Assembly (NCBI GenBank): GCA_043804695.1
Contig: JAZDIV010000088.1
Coordinates: forward strand, 1-33,868
Reading direction: 5' to 3'
DNA length: 33,868 nucleotides
From: PVC group bacterium
GTDB lineage: Bacteria > Auribacterota > Erginobacteria > Erginobacterales > Erginobacteraceae
Part shown: one piece after another, positions 18,242 through 27,124 of the stretch
Position numbering within the stretch: the first letter of the stretch is position 1
Layout of the letters: each line of letters starts with the position of its first letter
The notes under the pieces: generated by a model
Databases searched by the model: none
Told to the model about the DNA's origin: nothing
What the model saw: only the letters and a program-made list of their open reading frames with translations
Translations under genes and position numbers: made by a program

Positions 18242-18464
18242 CACACCCCGGCCGGTTTACCCGCAGGGGCCGTGTTTATGTTTGGTGGGCTGTGTTAGCT
18301 TTTTAACTCTCGCTTCGGTCCACGGTAAAACCGGGACCGGGGGCGTTTCTTCAGACCCCCGCGGCTTTACGCCGCGGGTGAATCAGTTCAATAGCTATTC
18401 TTCGTCACACCCACCACAAAGACCCCTGCCGGTTTACCCGGCAGGTGAATCAGTTCAGCAGCTA
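18242..18464 (+). repeat. Family C hairpin cluster (ACC-8-bp stem-TTTAY-stem-TGAATCAGTT)
   Basis: Perfect units at 18354 and 18421; degenerate units at about 18242 and 18315. Confidence 0.8.
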
Positions 18465-18486
18465 ACTGCAGCTTTTGTTTTCCTTG

Positions 18487-19530
18487 TTATCGGAAGTCTG
18501 TATTCGCATCCCCTGTCTTTTTTTTCTCAGTCCGGTAGAGTTCTCGTAAGGCGGTATCGTCAGTGCAGATCTGTTCCAGCCGCCGGCAGATGTCGGATAC
18601 CTCCCCGCGGCTGATCTTCAGGGGCTTTTCGCCGAAGACACGGGAACTGTGAACGGCCAGAGCGAGTGTCCGGACCGCGAAGAGCAGCGGGAGGGCGCAG
18701 AATAGCCTGATGTCAGCCTCCCGGCTAGGTATGGCCAGGGTATATTCGAGGGCGCTGTCCAGACCGCCCAGCGCCAGCGCCGCCAGGCCCGCGATCACCT
18801 CTCTTCCCCGGGGATCGCCGGGGCGGTCGAGGAGTTCCGAAAGCGTGACGCCCGCTTTTTCCAGCGTCTCCCGGGGGAGATAGGCGACCCCGCGGGACAG
18901 GTCATCGGTCACCCCCTTGATGATGTTGGTGAGCTGGAGGCCGAGACCGAAATCACCATCGAGCCGGTGCAGCGTGTCCCGGACGGCGGGGGTGATGGAA
19001 TCGCGGTCGAGGCTGAAGAGGTCGGTGAGCATGATCCCGACCGTCCCCGCCACGTAGTGGCAGTACTGCTTGAGGTCACCGACCGTCTCCAGCCGCAGGC
19101 CCCCGTCTCCGGTTTCCCGGCGCACGGTCCCGGCCATGCCGGCGGCCATCTCCCGGACGGGAGCCGTCACCGCCTCTCTGGTCGGCCGGGGGAAACCGTG
19201 AAAAACGTTCAGGACTTCGGCAGAATGCCGGCAGAGTTCATGGTCGTCCCCCGTGAAACGGCCCTCCGGGAACAGCTCTTTGATTCGTTCACAGCAGTCC
19301 TCCCATTGCCCCTCGGAGAATAATTCCCGGGCCGCCCGCGAAAGCCCCGCCGCCCGTTCGCCGGCGGGGAGGGCGGTCGTGTCTTCGATGGTGTCGAGGA
19401 TGCGGCAGATCAGGTAGGAGACGCAGACCGTGTCCCGGAGCGGCTCTTTGAGAAGACCGATCCCCAGGGCAAAGGTCCGGCTGACCCGGGGCAGGACCCG
19501 GTAGCAGTATGCAAGGTTGTTCGTTGTCAT
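18487..19530 (-). CDS. Squalene/phytoene synthase family protein
   Basis: VSRTF, YLICRILDTIED, YCHYVAGTVG and GLGLQLTNIIK. Confidence 0.9.
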   Translation of the reverse strand: MTTNNLAYCYRVLPRVSRTFALGIGLLKEPLRDTVCVSYLICRILDTIEDTTALPAGERAAGLSRAARELFSEGQWEDCCERIKELFPEGRFTGDDHELCRHSAEVLNVFHGFPRPTREAVTAPVREMAAGMAGTVRRETGDGGLRLETVGDLKQYCHYVAGTVGIMLTDLFSLDRDSITPAVRDTLHRLDGDFGLGLQLTNIIKGVTDDLSRGVAYLPRETLEKAGVTLSELLDRPGDPRGREVIAGLAALALGGLDSALEYTLAIPSREADIRLFCALPLLFAVRTLALAVHSSRVFGEKPLKISRGEVSDICRRLEQICTDDTALRELYRTEKKKTGDANTDFR

Positions 19531-19703
19531 CGCGGCAGGAAAACAATCCCGATTACTGTCCCCTATATACCAAGGATCGTCCTGAACATCCAGGCAAACC
19601 GGTTATATTTTCATGCATGATCCGGGCATGCGGGTACCGAAGGGTGAGGCAGGTAGGGCACGGGTCTTGATCTAAAATTTCCGCTCATCGCACAATCCCC
19701 CCG

Positions 19704-19732
19704 TTGACTAACCCGATCTTCCCCCGTATGCT
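19704..19732 (+). promoter_or_regulatory. Sigma70-type promoter
   Basis: TTGACT-17 nt-TATGCT. Confidence 0.65.
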
Positions 19733-19853
19733 GTTACGACTCTCAGGATTACGGGCACTACGTGTGAACCCGGATTATTGATGGACATTGAAAATTTTCA
19801 TCAATAATCCAGGGTGCTACGTATCGTTCAATATCCGGGAAAAGGAGCGTGGA

Positions 19854-20789
19854 ATGAGAACAGACCGGGCGCGGTATTTCGCTTTGTGTTTTATCATCAT
19901 GACAATTCTGACCTCATCAGCCCGGGGGCAGGGGATCACGATCGATCATACCTGCGCCGATCTCGCCCGGGTTCCGGAAGCCTGGGTTAACCAGGCCAAA
20001 AGCAGCTTCCGGGTCTGGTACGGCCGCACCTCTCACGGAAGCCAGATCACGACCGGGATGAGCCTGATCAACCGCGCTCCCTTTAATTACAATACCTCCG
20101 GCTCGGGCGGGGCGCTCTCCTACCAGGAGACCGAAGGCGATCTCGGTTACGACGGGGACCTTTCCTGGTACTACGCCACCCGGGACAAGCTCGACCAGGA
20201 GGGGAACACGCGCAACGTGGTGATCTGGTCCTGGTGCGACGGAGTTTCCGGCAACACGGCGTCGGGCATCAATGCCTATCTTAACGCCATGACCCTGCTG
20301 GAAAATGACTATCCGGCCATCAGGTTCGTTTACATGACCGGCCACCTGGACGGGACGGGGGAGGGCGGGAACCTGCACATCAGGAACAGCCAGATCCGCG
20401 ATTACTGCCGGGCCAACGGGAAGATCCTCTACGACTTTGCCGACATCGAGAGCTTCAACCCGGACGGGGCCTACTTTCTCAATCTGGGCGCCAACGATGG
20501 GTGTTATTACGATGACGGGAGCCGGAACTGGGCTATTGAGTGGTGCGCCGCCCATCCCGGCTCCGATCTCTGCGTCCAATGCGACTGCGCTCACTCCGAA
20601 CCGCTGAACTGCAATCTCAAGGGACGGGCGTTCTGGTGGATGATGGCCCGCCTGGCCGGATGGGACGGCGTCTCCCCGGGGCCTACCCCCGGGCCGGGCC
20701 CCACCCCGGTTCCCGTTCCGCCCGATCCCGGCGGGGAGGGGTTGGACCGGATTCTCCGCTGGGTCCGGGAATGGGCCTCCGGGCTCTAA
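19854..20789 (+). CDS. Secreted hypothetical protein with Pro/Thr-rich C-terminal linker
   Basis: AAGGAG RBS, signal peptide, YGRTSHGSQI/WSWC/YMTGH/LYDFADIES motifs and a PGPTPGPGPTP tail. Confidence 0.8.
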   Translation: MRTDRARYFALCFIIMTILTSSARGQGITIDHTCADLARVPEAWVNQAKSSFRVWYGRTSHGSQITTGMSLINRAPFNYNTSGSGGALSYQETEGDLGYDGDLSWYYATRDKLDQEGNTRNVVIWSWCDGVSGNTASGINAYLNAMTLLENDYPAIRFVYMTGHLDGTGEGGNLHIRNSQIRDYCRANGKILYDFADIESFNPDGAYFLNLGANDGCYYDDGSRNWAIEWCAAHPGSDLCVQCDCAHSEPLNCNLKGRAFWWMMARLAGWDGVSPGPTPGPGPTPVPVPPDPGGEGLDRILRWVREWASGL

Positions 20790-20871
20790 TCAGTCAAGCG
20801 GCTGGTTCAGAATCATTGCCCCGTATCAGACAGCCTTCTACTCCCAGTTTTAAGCCAACTCTGAATTTTTT

Positions 20872-21033
20872 CACCCCTGCCGCTTTACGCGGCAGGTGAA
20901 TCAGTTTACCAGCTATCGTACGTGACTTCTTCTATTCGAAAAGACCCCCGTGACTTTATGTCACGGGTGAATAAGTTCAGAGCTTATTAGCTAGGAACTT
21001 TCTCCCCTGCCACATAAAGTGGCAGGGGCCGTT
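20872..21033 (+). repeat. Family C hairpin cluster, second locus
   Basis: Units at 20872 and 20943; inverted-loop unit CCCCTGCCAC-ATAAA-GTGGCAGGGG at 21004. Confidence 0.8.
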
Positions 21034-21182
21034 TTTTATATGATGCAATACTATAGCCAAAGAACTTCCATTCCGGTGAGACAAGCTCACCGGGGATGTT
21101 ATTATTTTACAGGGATCCCCCGCAAAAAAGCAAAAACGGTCAAGAATTACTATAAATGTCCTGTTATAGTAGTCCCAGTTTT

Positions 21183-21268
21183 GTTGCCTCAGTGAAAATA
21201 TTTTAGTTAACCAATAGACCCGACGAAGTCGGGTCCACTATTAATTAGCGTCGAAGACGCTAATTAAT
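21183..21268 (+). repeat. Family A double-hairpin element copy 2
   Basis: TGTTGCCTC-N15-GTTAACCAATAGACCCGACGAAGTCGGGTCCACTATTAATTAGCGTCGAAGACGCTAATTAAT. Confidence 0.78.
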
Positions 21269-21271
21269 AAA

Positions 21272-22174
21272 ATGAAAACAGAAACAAAACAGATCTACCA
21301 TGAGAGGATCCTGCGGGTGCTGATCTATATACAGCGGCATCTGGAAGAACCGCTCGACCTCAACGAGCTGGCTGCGATCGCCTGCTTCTCTCCCTTTCAT
21401 TTCCACCGGATTTTCCGCGGCCTGGTCGGCGAATCGGTGAAGGAGCATATCCGGCGTCTGCGCCTGGAACGGGCGGTGTACCGGCTGCGGTCGACCGATC
21501 AGTCGATCCTCTGGATTGCTCTCGACGCGGGGTATGAAACCCATGAATCTTTTACCCGGGCCTTCAAGTCGATGTTCGGGGAAGCGCCCTCGGCGGTCCG
21601 GAAGGGGGCGAACCGTCTCCGATACCAGGATGCCCTCTCCGGGGTCCGCTTTGAACCTGACGGCAGGTTACCGAAATTAAAAACCCTTACCAGAGGAGGT
21701 AGAGTCATGAAAGTAAAGATTGTCAGGCGTGAACCGACCCGGGTGGCTTTCGTCCGGTACATCGGCCCCTATGAAGAATGTGAGGAGGCCTGGGGCAAGC
21801 TCTGCGCCTGGGCCGGCCCCCGCGGATTGCTGGGGCCTCACACCGACATCATCGGCATCTCATACGATGATCCCGAGGTAACCCCACCCGAGAAGATCCG
21901 CTACGATGCCTGTATCGTTGTCGATGGTTCCTTACAGCCGGAAGGTGAAGTCGGCGTCCAGGTGATCCCGGGCGGTGAGTACGCGGTGACCACCCACCAG
22001 GGGCCGTACCTGAAGTTGATTGATACCTACAGCAAGCTCTTCGGAGAGTGGGCTCCCCAAAGCGGGCGTGTTGTCGCTTCGGGACCCTGCCTGGAACTGT
22101 ACCGCAATGACCCGCACCGGACGCCGCCCCAGGAACTGTTGACCGATGTCTGCGTTCCCCTGGAGGCCGAATAG
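21272..22174 (+). CDS. AraC-family transcriptional regulator with C-terminal GyrI-like domain
   Basis: FSPFHFHRIF and IALDAGYETHESFTRAFK in the HTH; DDPEVTPPEKIRYDAC and GGEYAVTTHQGPY in the GyrI-like domain. Confidence 0.93.
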   Translation: MKTETKQIYHERILRVLIYIQRHLEEPLDLNELAAIACFSPFHFHRIFRGLVGESVKEHIRRLRLERAVYRLRSTDQSILWIALDAGYETHESFTRAFKSMFGEAPSAVRKGANRLRYQDALSGVRFEPDGRLPKLKTLTRGGRVMKVKIVRREPTRVAFVRYIGPYEECEEAWGKLCAWAGPRGLLGPHTDIIGISYDDPEVTPPEKIRYDACIVVDGSLQPEGEVGVQVIPGGEYAVTTHQGPYLKLIDTYSKLFGEWAPQSGRVVASGPCLELYRNDPHRTPPQELLTDVCVPLEAE

Positions 22175-22207
22175 GCAATAGTTGTTGATCCGCGGCAGTC
22201 GGTTATC

Positions 22208-22241
22208 CGGAGCCCCGGTCAGGGACCGGGGCTCCGTTCTT
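22208..22241 (+). terminator. Intrinsic terminator-like hairpin
   Basis: CGGAGCCCCGGTC-AGG-GACCGGGGCTCCG followed by TTCTT. Confidence 0.65.
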
Positions 22242-22268
22242 GTATCCGCCGTTATGGAAGATCCCGGC

Positions 22269-22436
22269 TGTTTCAGAATTTCAATAACGGCTATGGTTAT
22301 GGTTACGAGGCCCGTTTCGTCTGCCGGTTACGGTTACGTGCGCCAAGCGGGGCGGCCGTTACCGTTACCTTGACCGAAACGGGCATCGTTACCCTTGCCG
22401 TAACCAAGTTGCGCCGAAGGCGCTGAGTTCCTTATA
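22269..22436 (+). repeat. Family B element copy 2 (core inverted relative to copy 1)
   Basis: TGTTTCAGAATTTCAATAAC left end; core 22289-22401 is a gapless match to the reverse complement of 8238-8350. Confidence 0.8.
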
Positions 22437-22448
22437 TAGAATGCAGAA

Positions 22449-23351
22449 TCATATCTTCCCCGGCGGTATTAAAGATGCAGCCGCAGGATTGTGCCGCCGG
22501 TAATTCTCCGCGGCGCGCTGAAAACTGGCGGTGGCGTAGCAATACCGGCAGCCGAAGGTACAGGTGTCGTAAACGCCGATATCGCGGCTGAGAACACAGT
22601 GACAGAGCCGGCGCTGGCCCGGGTCTTTTCTTCCCTTCACCTCGATCCCGAAGACCCTCCTGATCAGCTGATCGTCGATGCACTTTCCGGGGGTGATTCC
22701 GTACGGGGTCAGGTCGATCCCCTCGGAGCAGCTCACGATCTCCATCCCGTTTTTTTGGGCGCTCCGGGCCAGGGAAGCCATGCAGTCGTCGAACCAGCTT
22801 CCCCGGAGCTCCTCTCCCCGGATGAAGGTAATCCCTTCTCTCTCCAGTTCGTTCAGCCGTCCGCCGATCCGGGGATAGAAATCCACGATGCTGACCACCG
22901 ACCGCCGGGTGCAGCCTCTGAGCGCCCGGGCAATCCGTTCGTAGGTATCACGGTGAAAGGCGGCGGTGGTGATCGAGCTGAAGACGATCGGATCGTATCG
23001 CCAGATCACCCGCTCCGCTCCGATCCGGCCGGCCAGTTCCCGGAAGGTTTTAATCGACACCGGAAGCGACGGCGTGCCGGAATCGAGTTCCCGGGGATTA
23101 TTCAAGACCGTATACTGGAAGTAATAGTGGAATCCACGTTCATTAAGTTCTCGGAGATAGGGAAAAAGCGGCCGGGGGTTACGGGTCCAGAAGACGATAC
23201 AGTCAAGGCCCTGCGGCAGGAGGGAGATCCGGGAGACCTGCTCCCGATTGAAAGGGTGGGGGACCTCGCACCAACCTTCCCGGACCCGGTTGATGAACCA
23301 CCGGGAATAGAAGGCCGGGATGTCCGTTCTCCGGCTGGCCGAGATGATCAT
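22449..23351 (-). CDS. DUF1848 family protein
   Basis: MIISASRRTDIPAFY, WRYDPI, SRDIGVYDTC.FGCRYCYA. Confidence 0.92.
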   Translation of the reverse strand: MIISASRRTDIPAFYSRWFINRVREGWCEVPHPFNREQVSRISLLPQGLDCIVFWTRNPRPLFPYLRELNERGFHYYFQYTVLNNPRELDSGTPSLPVSIKTFRELAGRIGAERVIWRYDPIVFSSITTAAFHRDTYERIARALRGCTRRSVVSIVDFYPRIGGRLNELEREGITFIRGEELRGSWFDDCMASLARSAQKNGMEIVSCSEGIDLTPYGITPGKCIDDQLIRRVFGIEVKGRKDPGQRRLCHCVLSRDIGVYDTCTFGCRYCYATASFQRAAENYRRHNPAAASLIPPGKI

Positions 23352-23616
23352 AACGGTTTTCCCGCTCCTAACTCCATAACTTGATTTGCACCTGATTCAT
23401 TGCCCCGCGGCGACATAGGCGCTTTGCGGGGTCTCTGATTTTTCCTTTATCAGGTGAATCAGAATAATCAGGTGTTTAATCTTTTTCGGGTTAATCAGGC
23501 GTAGAGTTAATGTCCTGATAGTTATCGTTGTCGTATGTCGTATCGTTGTCGGGATAGCAGGATACCATATCCCGATGCCAATTGCTACTTATTATATCTC
23601 CGACATTGTTCAAACC

Positions 23617-23664
23617 GCCCCGATTTATTCCTGTCTGCCTCGGCAGACAGGAATAAATCGGGGC
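23617..23664. repeat. Perfect 23-bp-arm palindrome
   Basis: GCCCCGATTTATTCCTGTCTGCC-TC-GGCAGACAGGAATAAATCGGGGC. Confidence 0.85.
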
Positions 23665-23713
23665 AGGATTAAACTTTTTTCGGGGTTTTCCGTTATACCT
23701 AATAGTTTGAAAG

Positions 23714-26368
23714 ATGATGCTCTCTAAAATAGGAAAACAATCAAATCTTCTCCCGGCGTCGGCACTCTCGATGGCGTTTATATTCGGGATCACCCTTTTC
23801 CTCTCTCCGGTCTGTTCCCGGGGGGAGAATCTGCTCGAAAATCCCGGCTTTGAAGAAGGCCTCACGGCCCCCGACGGCTGGACCACCTTTCCCCCCGCCC
23901 CGGCCGGGGTGACCTATGAGTGGGACAGTATCGTCTGCTATGGCGGGGAGCGCAGTGTCTTTATCGAGAGTACCGGTTCCGGGTTCGGCATCTGGCAGCA
24001 GGTGGTTCCGGTTACCGCCGGAACCGTCTTTGAACTCTCGGGGTACCTGAATGTGAATAACATCCCGAGCACCGGTTCCTGTAACCTGGAACTGGTATTT
24101 CGAGACGGCGGCGGCTTTCCCCTCGAGTTCGCCGACTATTACCGGCACCGCGGGACCATTGAATGGATCCACGATTTTCCCTGCGCGATATATTCCCGGG
24201 CCCCTGAAAATGCGGTTTCGGTCGAGGTCAACCTCTACCTGAAAGGACCGGGGAAGGCCTGGTTCGATGATATCTATTTCGGAGCCGCCCCGACGGGAGA
24301 CATTGCCGGCATCGTAACCTGCAACGGAGAACCCGTTTCCGGGGCCCGTGTTTTTATCTGGGCGACGGACTACGAGGATTACACGGACGAAAACGGCGGC
24401 TACACCATCCGGGATGTTCCGGTTTCCGCGCCGCGGTACCTCCTGAACGTCACCCGGGACGGCTACCGGGCCACGGCCCGGGGCGACATCGACGTCTCCG
24501 ACGGCGGGACCGTGACGGTGGACCTTGAGATGGAGCGAGGGAGTAACTATCCCCACCAGGAACTGCGGGTCAAATTCGGCTCGCTGCGTCACCATGACGA
24601 CACTTCCATCCCCACCGTCCCCCCGGATGCCGTGATCAACCCGGCCGTTTACCCCGATAAGGTCCGACCATACCTCCTTTCCGGTGAATACATCAACTCC
24701 GACCATCCCTTGATCCGGGCGGCGGCGATGGAGATCCTGGAATCTCTCGCTCCCGGAGACCGCGCGGACACCCGCGCTGTCTCCTACGCGATTTATCTCT
24801 GGGTGATTAAAAACTACGAATGTGACGCGATCGGCCCGGTTGGAGAATTCATTGACACCACCTCCGGCGGCTGGCAGACCGTCAGCGGCGAGGGATGGTG
24901 CTGGGGCCACAACTTTACCGATTGGCTCTACAAGCCCTCGGAGATGTTTGTCGAGCATCGCGGGATCTGCATTGAGCACTCCCGTCTTGTGACCTCTCTC
25001 CTGCGGTCGGCCGGTATTCCGGCTCGACCGGTAAAAAGCTACGCGGCCCAGTTCTGGGCCCAGCCGGCCGGAGGCGAGGGCCACTGGGTGGGCCTGGTAA
25101 CGATGGGGGGCAGAAGCAGTTACCGGAGCACCGGCAATCTCTCCGCCGGCTACGAGTCGTTTTCTCCTTCGACGGTCTTTAACTATCCGATTGACGAAGG
25201 ACCCATCATCCATTCGGACTGGTACACGGAGAGCAAATGCATGTGGCGTGAGGTCCATCCCTGGGAAGAGAGTTACGCGGGTACGAATGATGGTTATGAG
25301 CAAGCGGTGACGGACCTGGAGATCTTCGCCCGGACCGGAGAGGCGCCCGATTCGCCGCCTCCCAGATCCGGCCCTCGACATGTTCTTCACTACTCCGATT
25401 TTACCCTGAATTTGACCACTATCGGGGAGCAGCGACGGCTGGTCGCCCGCTTCCCTTTTCCGACCGAGAACGAGCATGTCGATTATCTCGACCGGTGCGC
25501 ATACTGGACGGACCACCCGGAGTGCGTCATCCGGACCTGGACGGAGGAGACAGCAAATTCGACGACCGGAGAAAGTGCGGGCTGGTTCAATATCGAGTTC
25601 GATCTCACTACTCTCGTTACACCCGAGACCGCCTGTCAGTCCGGTGATTACGATGGGGACGGCCGGCCGGATATTGCCGTCTTTCGCGACACGGCCGGCC
25701 TCTGGGCGGTTCGAGGTATTACCCGATGCTACTTCGGCCGGGCCGGGGATATCCCGGTCTCGGGCGATTATGATGGTGATACAACCACCGAGATAGGGAT
25801 ATTCCGGGAGAAGATTGGCCTCTGGGCAATCCGGGGAGTGACCAGGCTTTACTACGGTAATGAGGGCTGCCGTCCGGTCCCCGCCGATTATGATAGTGAC
25901 GGGAGCTGCGCTCCGTCAATATTTCGGCCCGCCACCGGCCTCTGGGCGGTCCGCGACTTGACGCGGACATACTTCGGGTCGGTCACCGACATTCCGGTCC
26001 CGGCCGATTACGACGGAAGCGGTACGGATAATATCGCCGTCTTCCGGGCCGCCGCCGGCCTCTGGGCAATTCGGGGAGGGAGCCGGTTTTATTTCGGCAC
26101 ATCATTTGATCGACCCGTACCCGCTGATTATATTGGTGACGGGCGGAGCCGCCCCGCTATCTTCCGGCCGGCGAGCAGTCTCTGGGCCGTTCGGGGATGG
26201 AGCCGGGCGTACTTCGGCTCATCCCCTGATCAGGCCGTCCCGGCTGATTACGTCGGCGATAGAACGGACAACTTCGGGATATTCCGTGACGATATCGGCC
26301 TCTGGGCGATCCGGTCCCTTACCAGGATCTATTTCGGAGGTTCGGGAGATATCCCGGCGACAAGGTGA
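23714..26368 (+). CDS. Secreted multidomain protein: CBM-like, carboxypeptidase-regulatory-like, transglutaminase-like and six FG-GAP-like repeats
   Basis: Signal peptide; NLLENPGFEEG; GDIAGIVT...TDENGGYTI; RGICIEHSRLVTSLLRSAGIPARPV; six 40-aa repeats at 25640-26359. Confidence 0.85.
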   Translation: MMLSKIGKQSNLLPASALSMAFIFGITLFLSPVCSRGENLLENPGFEEGLTAPDGWTTFPPAPAGVTYEWDSIVCYGGERSVFIESTGSGFGIWQQVVPVTAGTVFELSGYLNVNNIPSTGSCNLELVFRDGGGFPLEFADYYRHRGTIEWIHDFPCAIYSRAPENAVSVEVNLYLKGPGKAWFDDIYFGAAPTGDIAGIVTCNGEPVSGARVFIWATDYEDYTDENGGYTIRDVPVSAPRYLLNVTRDGYRATARGDIDVSDGGTVTVDLEMERGSNYPHQELRVKFGSLRHHDDTSIPTVPPDAVINPAVYPDKVRPYLLSGEYINSDHPLIRAAAMEILESLAPGDRADTRAVSYAIYLWVIKNYECDAIGPVGEFIDTTSGGWQTVSGEGWCWGHNFTDWLYKPSEMFVEHRGICIEHSRLVTSLLRSAGIPARPVKSYAAQFWAQPAGGEGHWVGLVTMGGRSSYRSTGNLSAGYESFSPSTVFNYPIDEGPIIHSDWYTESKCMWREVHPWEESYAGTNDGYEQAVTDLEIFARTGEAPDSPPPRSGPRHVLHYSDFTLNLTTIGEQRRLVARFPFPTENEHVDYLDRCAYWTDHPECVIRTWTEETANSTTGESAGWFNIEFDLTTLVTPETACQSGDYDGDGRPDIAVFRDTAGLWAVRGITRCYFGRAGDIPVSGDYDGDTTTEIGIFREKIGLWAIRGVTRLYYGNEGCRPVPADYDSDGSCAPSIFRPATGLWAVRDLTRTYFGSVTDIPVPADYDGSGTDNIAVFRAAAGLWAIRGGSRFYFGTSFDRPVPADYIGDGRSRPAIFRPASSLWAVRGWSRAYFGSSPDQAVPADYVGDRTDNFGIFRDDIGLWAIRSLTRIYFGGSGDIPATR

Positions 26369-26404
26369 GTATGCTTCATGCGGGTGAGTAAACTGCTCCT
26401 CTCC

Positions 26405-26857
26405 CTATACGCATAGATTGAGCCTATCCGCCGAAAGACCCTGGAATGAGTCGGCAGTTATCTGAAAGATGTAGCTGGATAGCTTCAACTTATCAGCATA
26501 TCTCTGGACGACGTTGCTGAAGTCATGCGGCGAAATCCAGGCACTTCTTTGAACCTTGCCAAATCCTAAAGTTATCAGGTAGGACCTGAATAACCGCCTG
26601 AGTTTTCCCTTCTCTTCGGGGATGTCGAAGATGACAAGTCTCCATTTGTTGTCCCAGGTCGGGGGAGATCGGAGTACCGCATTCCGGTGTTTCAGAATAT
26701 AGCTTTTCCCTTTAGCAGTTAGCCGCAGATGTGTCTTCTTTTCTTTTTTAAACTTCTTCAATTGTGGAATAAAGTCCTGTAATTCCGGTGCAACCGGTGT
26801 GTTTACATTTGCGGCCGAATTAACTGTGTTCTTCTTTTTAGTTGCTCTTGTAGACAA
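26405..26857 (-). pseudogene. PaaX-like regulator remnant (central Cas2-like ferredoxin-fold domain)
   Basis: RLTAKG...WDNKWRLVIFDIPEEK...LGFGKVQRSAWISPHD; N-terminal wHTH and C-terminus appear lost; AT-rich. Confidence 0.7.
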
Positions 26858-26887
26858 ATTCTGACGATCGTCCGAATTTATCTACAA
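26848..26887. repeat. 40-bp imperfect palindrome at the 5' end of the PaaX-like ORF
   Basis: TTGTAGACAAATTCTGACGATCGTCCGAATTTATCTACAA. Confidence 0.75.
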
Positions 26888-26948
26888 TATACGATATCAT
26901 GACTTGGTCTTATATAAGAGAGTTATTAGTCAGTCCATAATTGTATGG

Positions 26949-27082
26949 ACATGTCATTGCGAGGAGTGAGATCCTTCGCTATCGCTCGGGACAGGCTACG
27001 CAATCTCAACTCTATGCACAGCAAGAGATTGCTTCCCGCCACGCTTTGCTCGCGGCTTCGGCTAACGCTCGCAATGACATGT
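26949..27082. repeat. Full GTCATTGCGAG...CTCGCAATGAC REP/MITE-like element
   Basis: 15-bp terminal inverted repeats ACATGTCATTGCGAG/CTCGCAATGACATGT; inner GCAATCTC/GAGATTGC. Confidence 0.8.
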
Positions 27083-27124
27083 AACCTATTTAATGCTCTT
27101 CTTCGTAAGTATACGCGGGCTTAT

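Noticed and set aside
18354..18464. CRISPR mini-array
   Set aside because: Only two units per locus, the repeats differ in stem sequence, the spacers of the two loci resemble each other, and there are no cas genes.
25640..26368. Diversity-generating retroelement TR/VR pair with 4919-4993
   Set aside because: Differences are not adenine-specific and no reverse transcriptase is present.
26405..26857. cas2 gene
   Set aside because: The WDxKWRLVIFDIPE context and preceding wHTH remnant indicate a PaaX-like protein; no cas1 or array is present.
26945..27124. N-terminal extension of the beta-barrel ORF
   Set aside because: It is a read-through of the REP-like element; the signal peptide begins at 27125.
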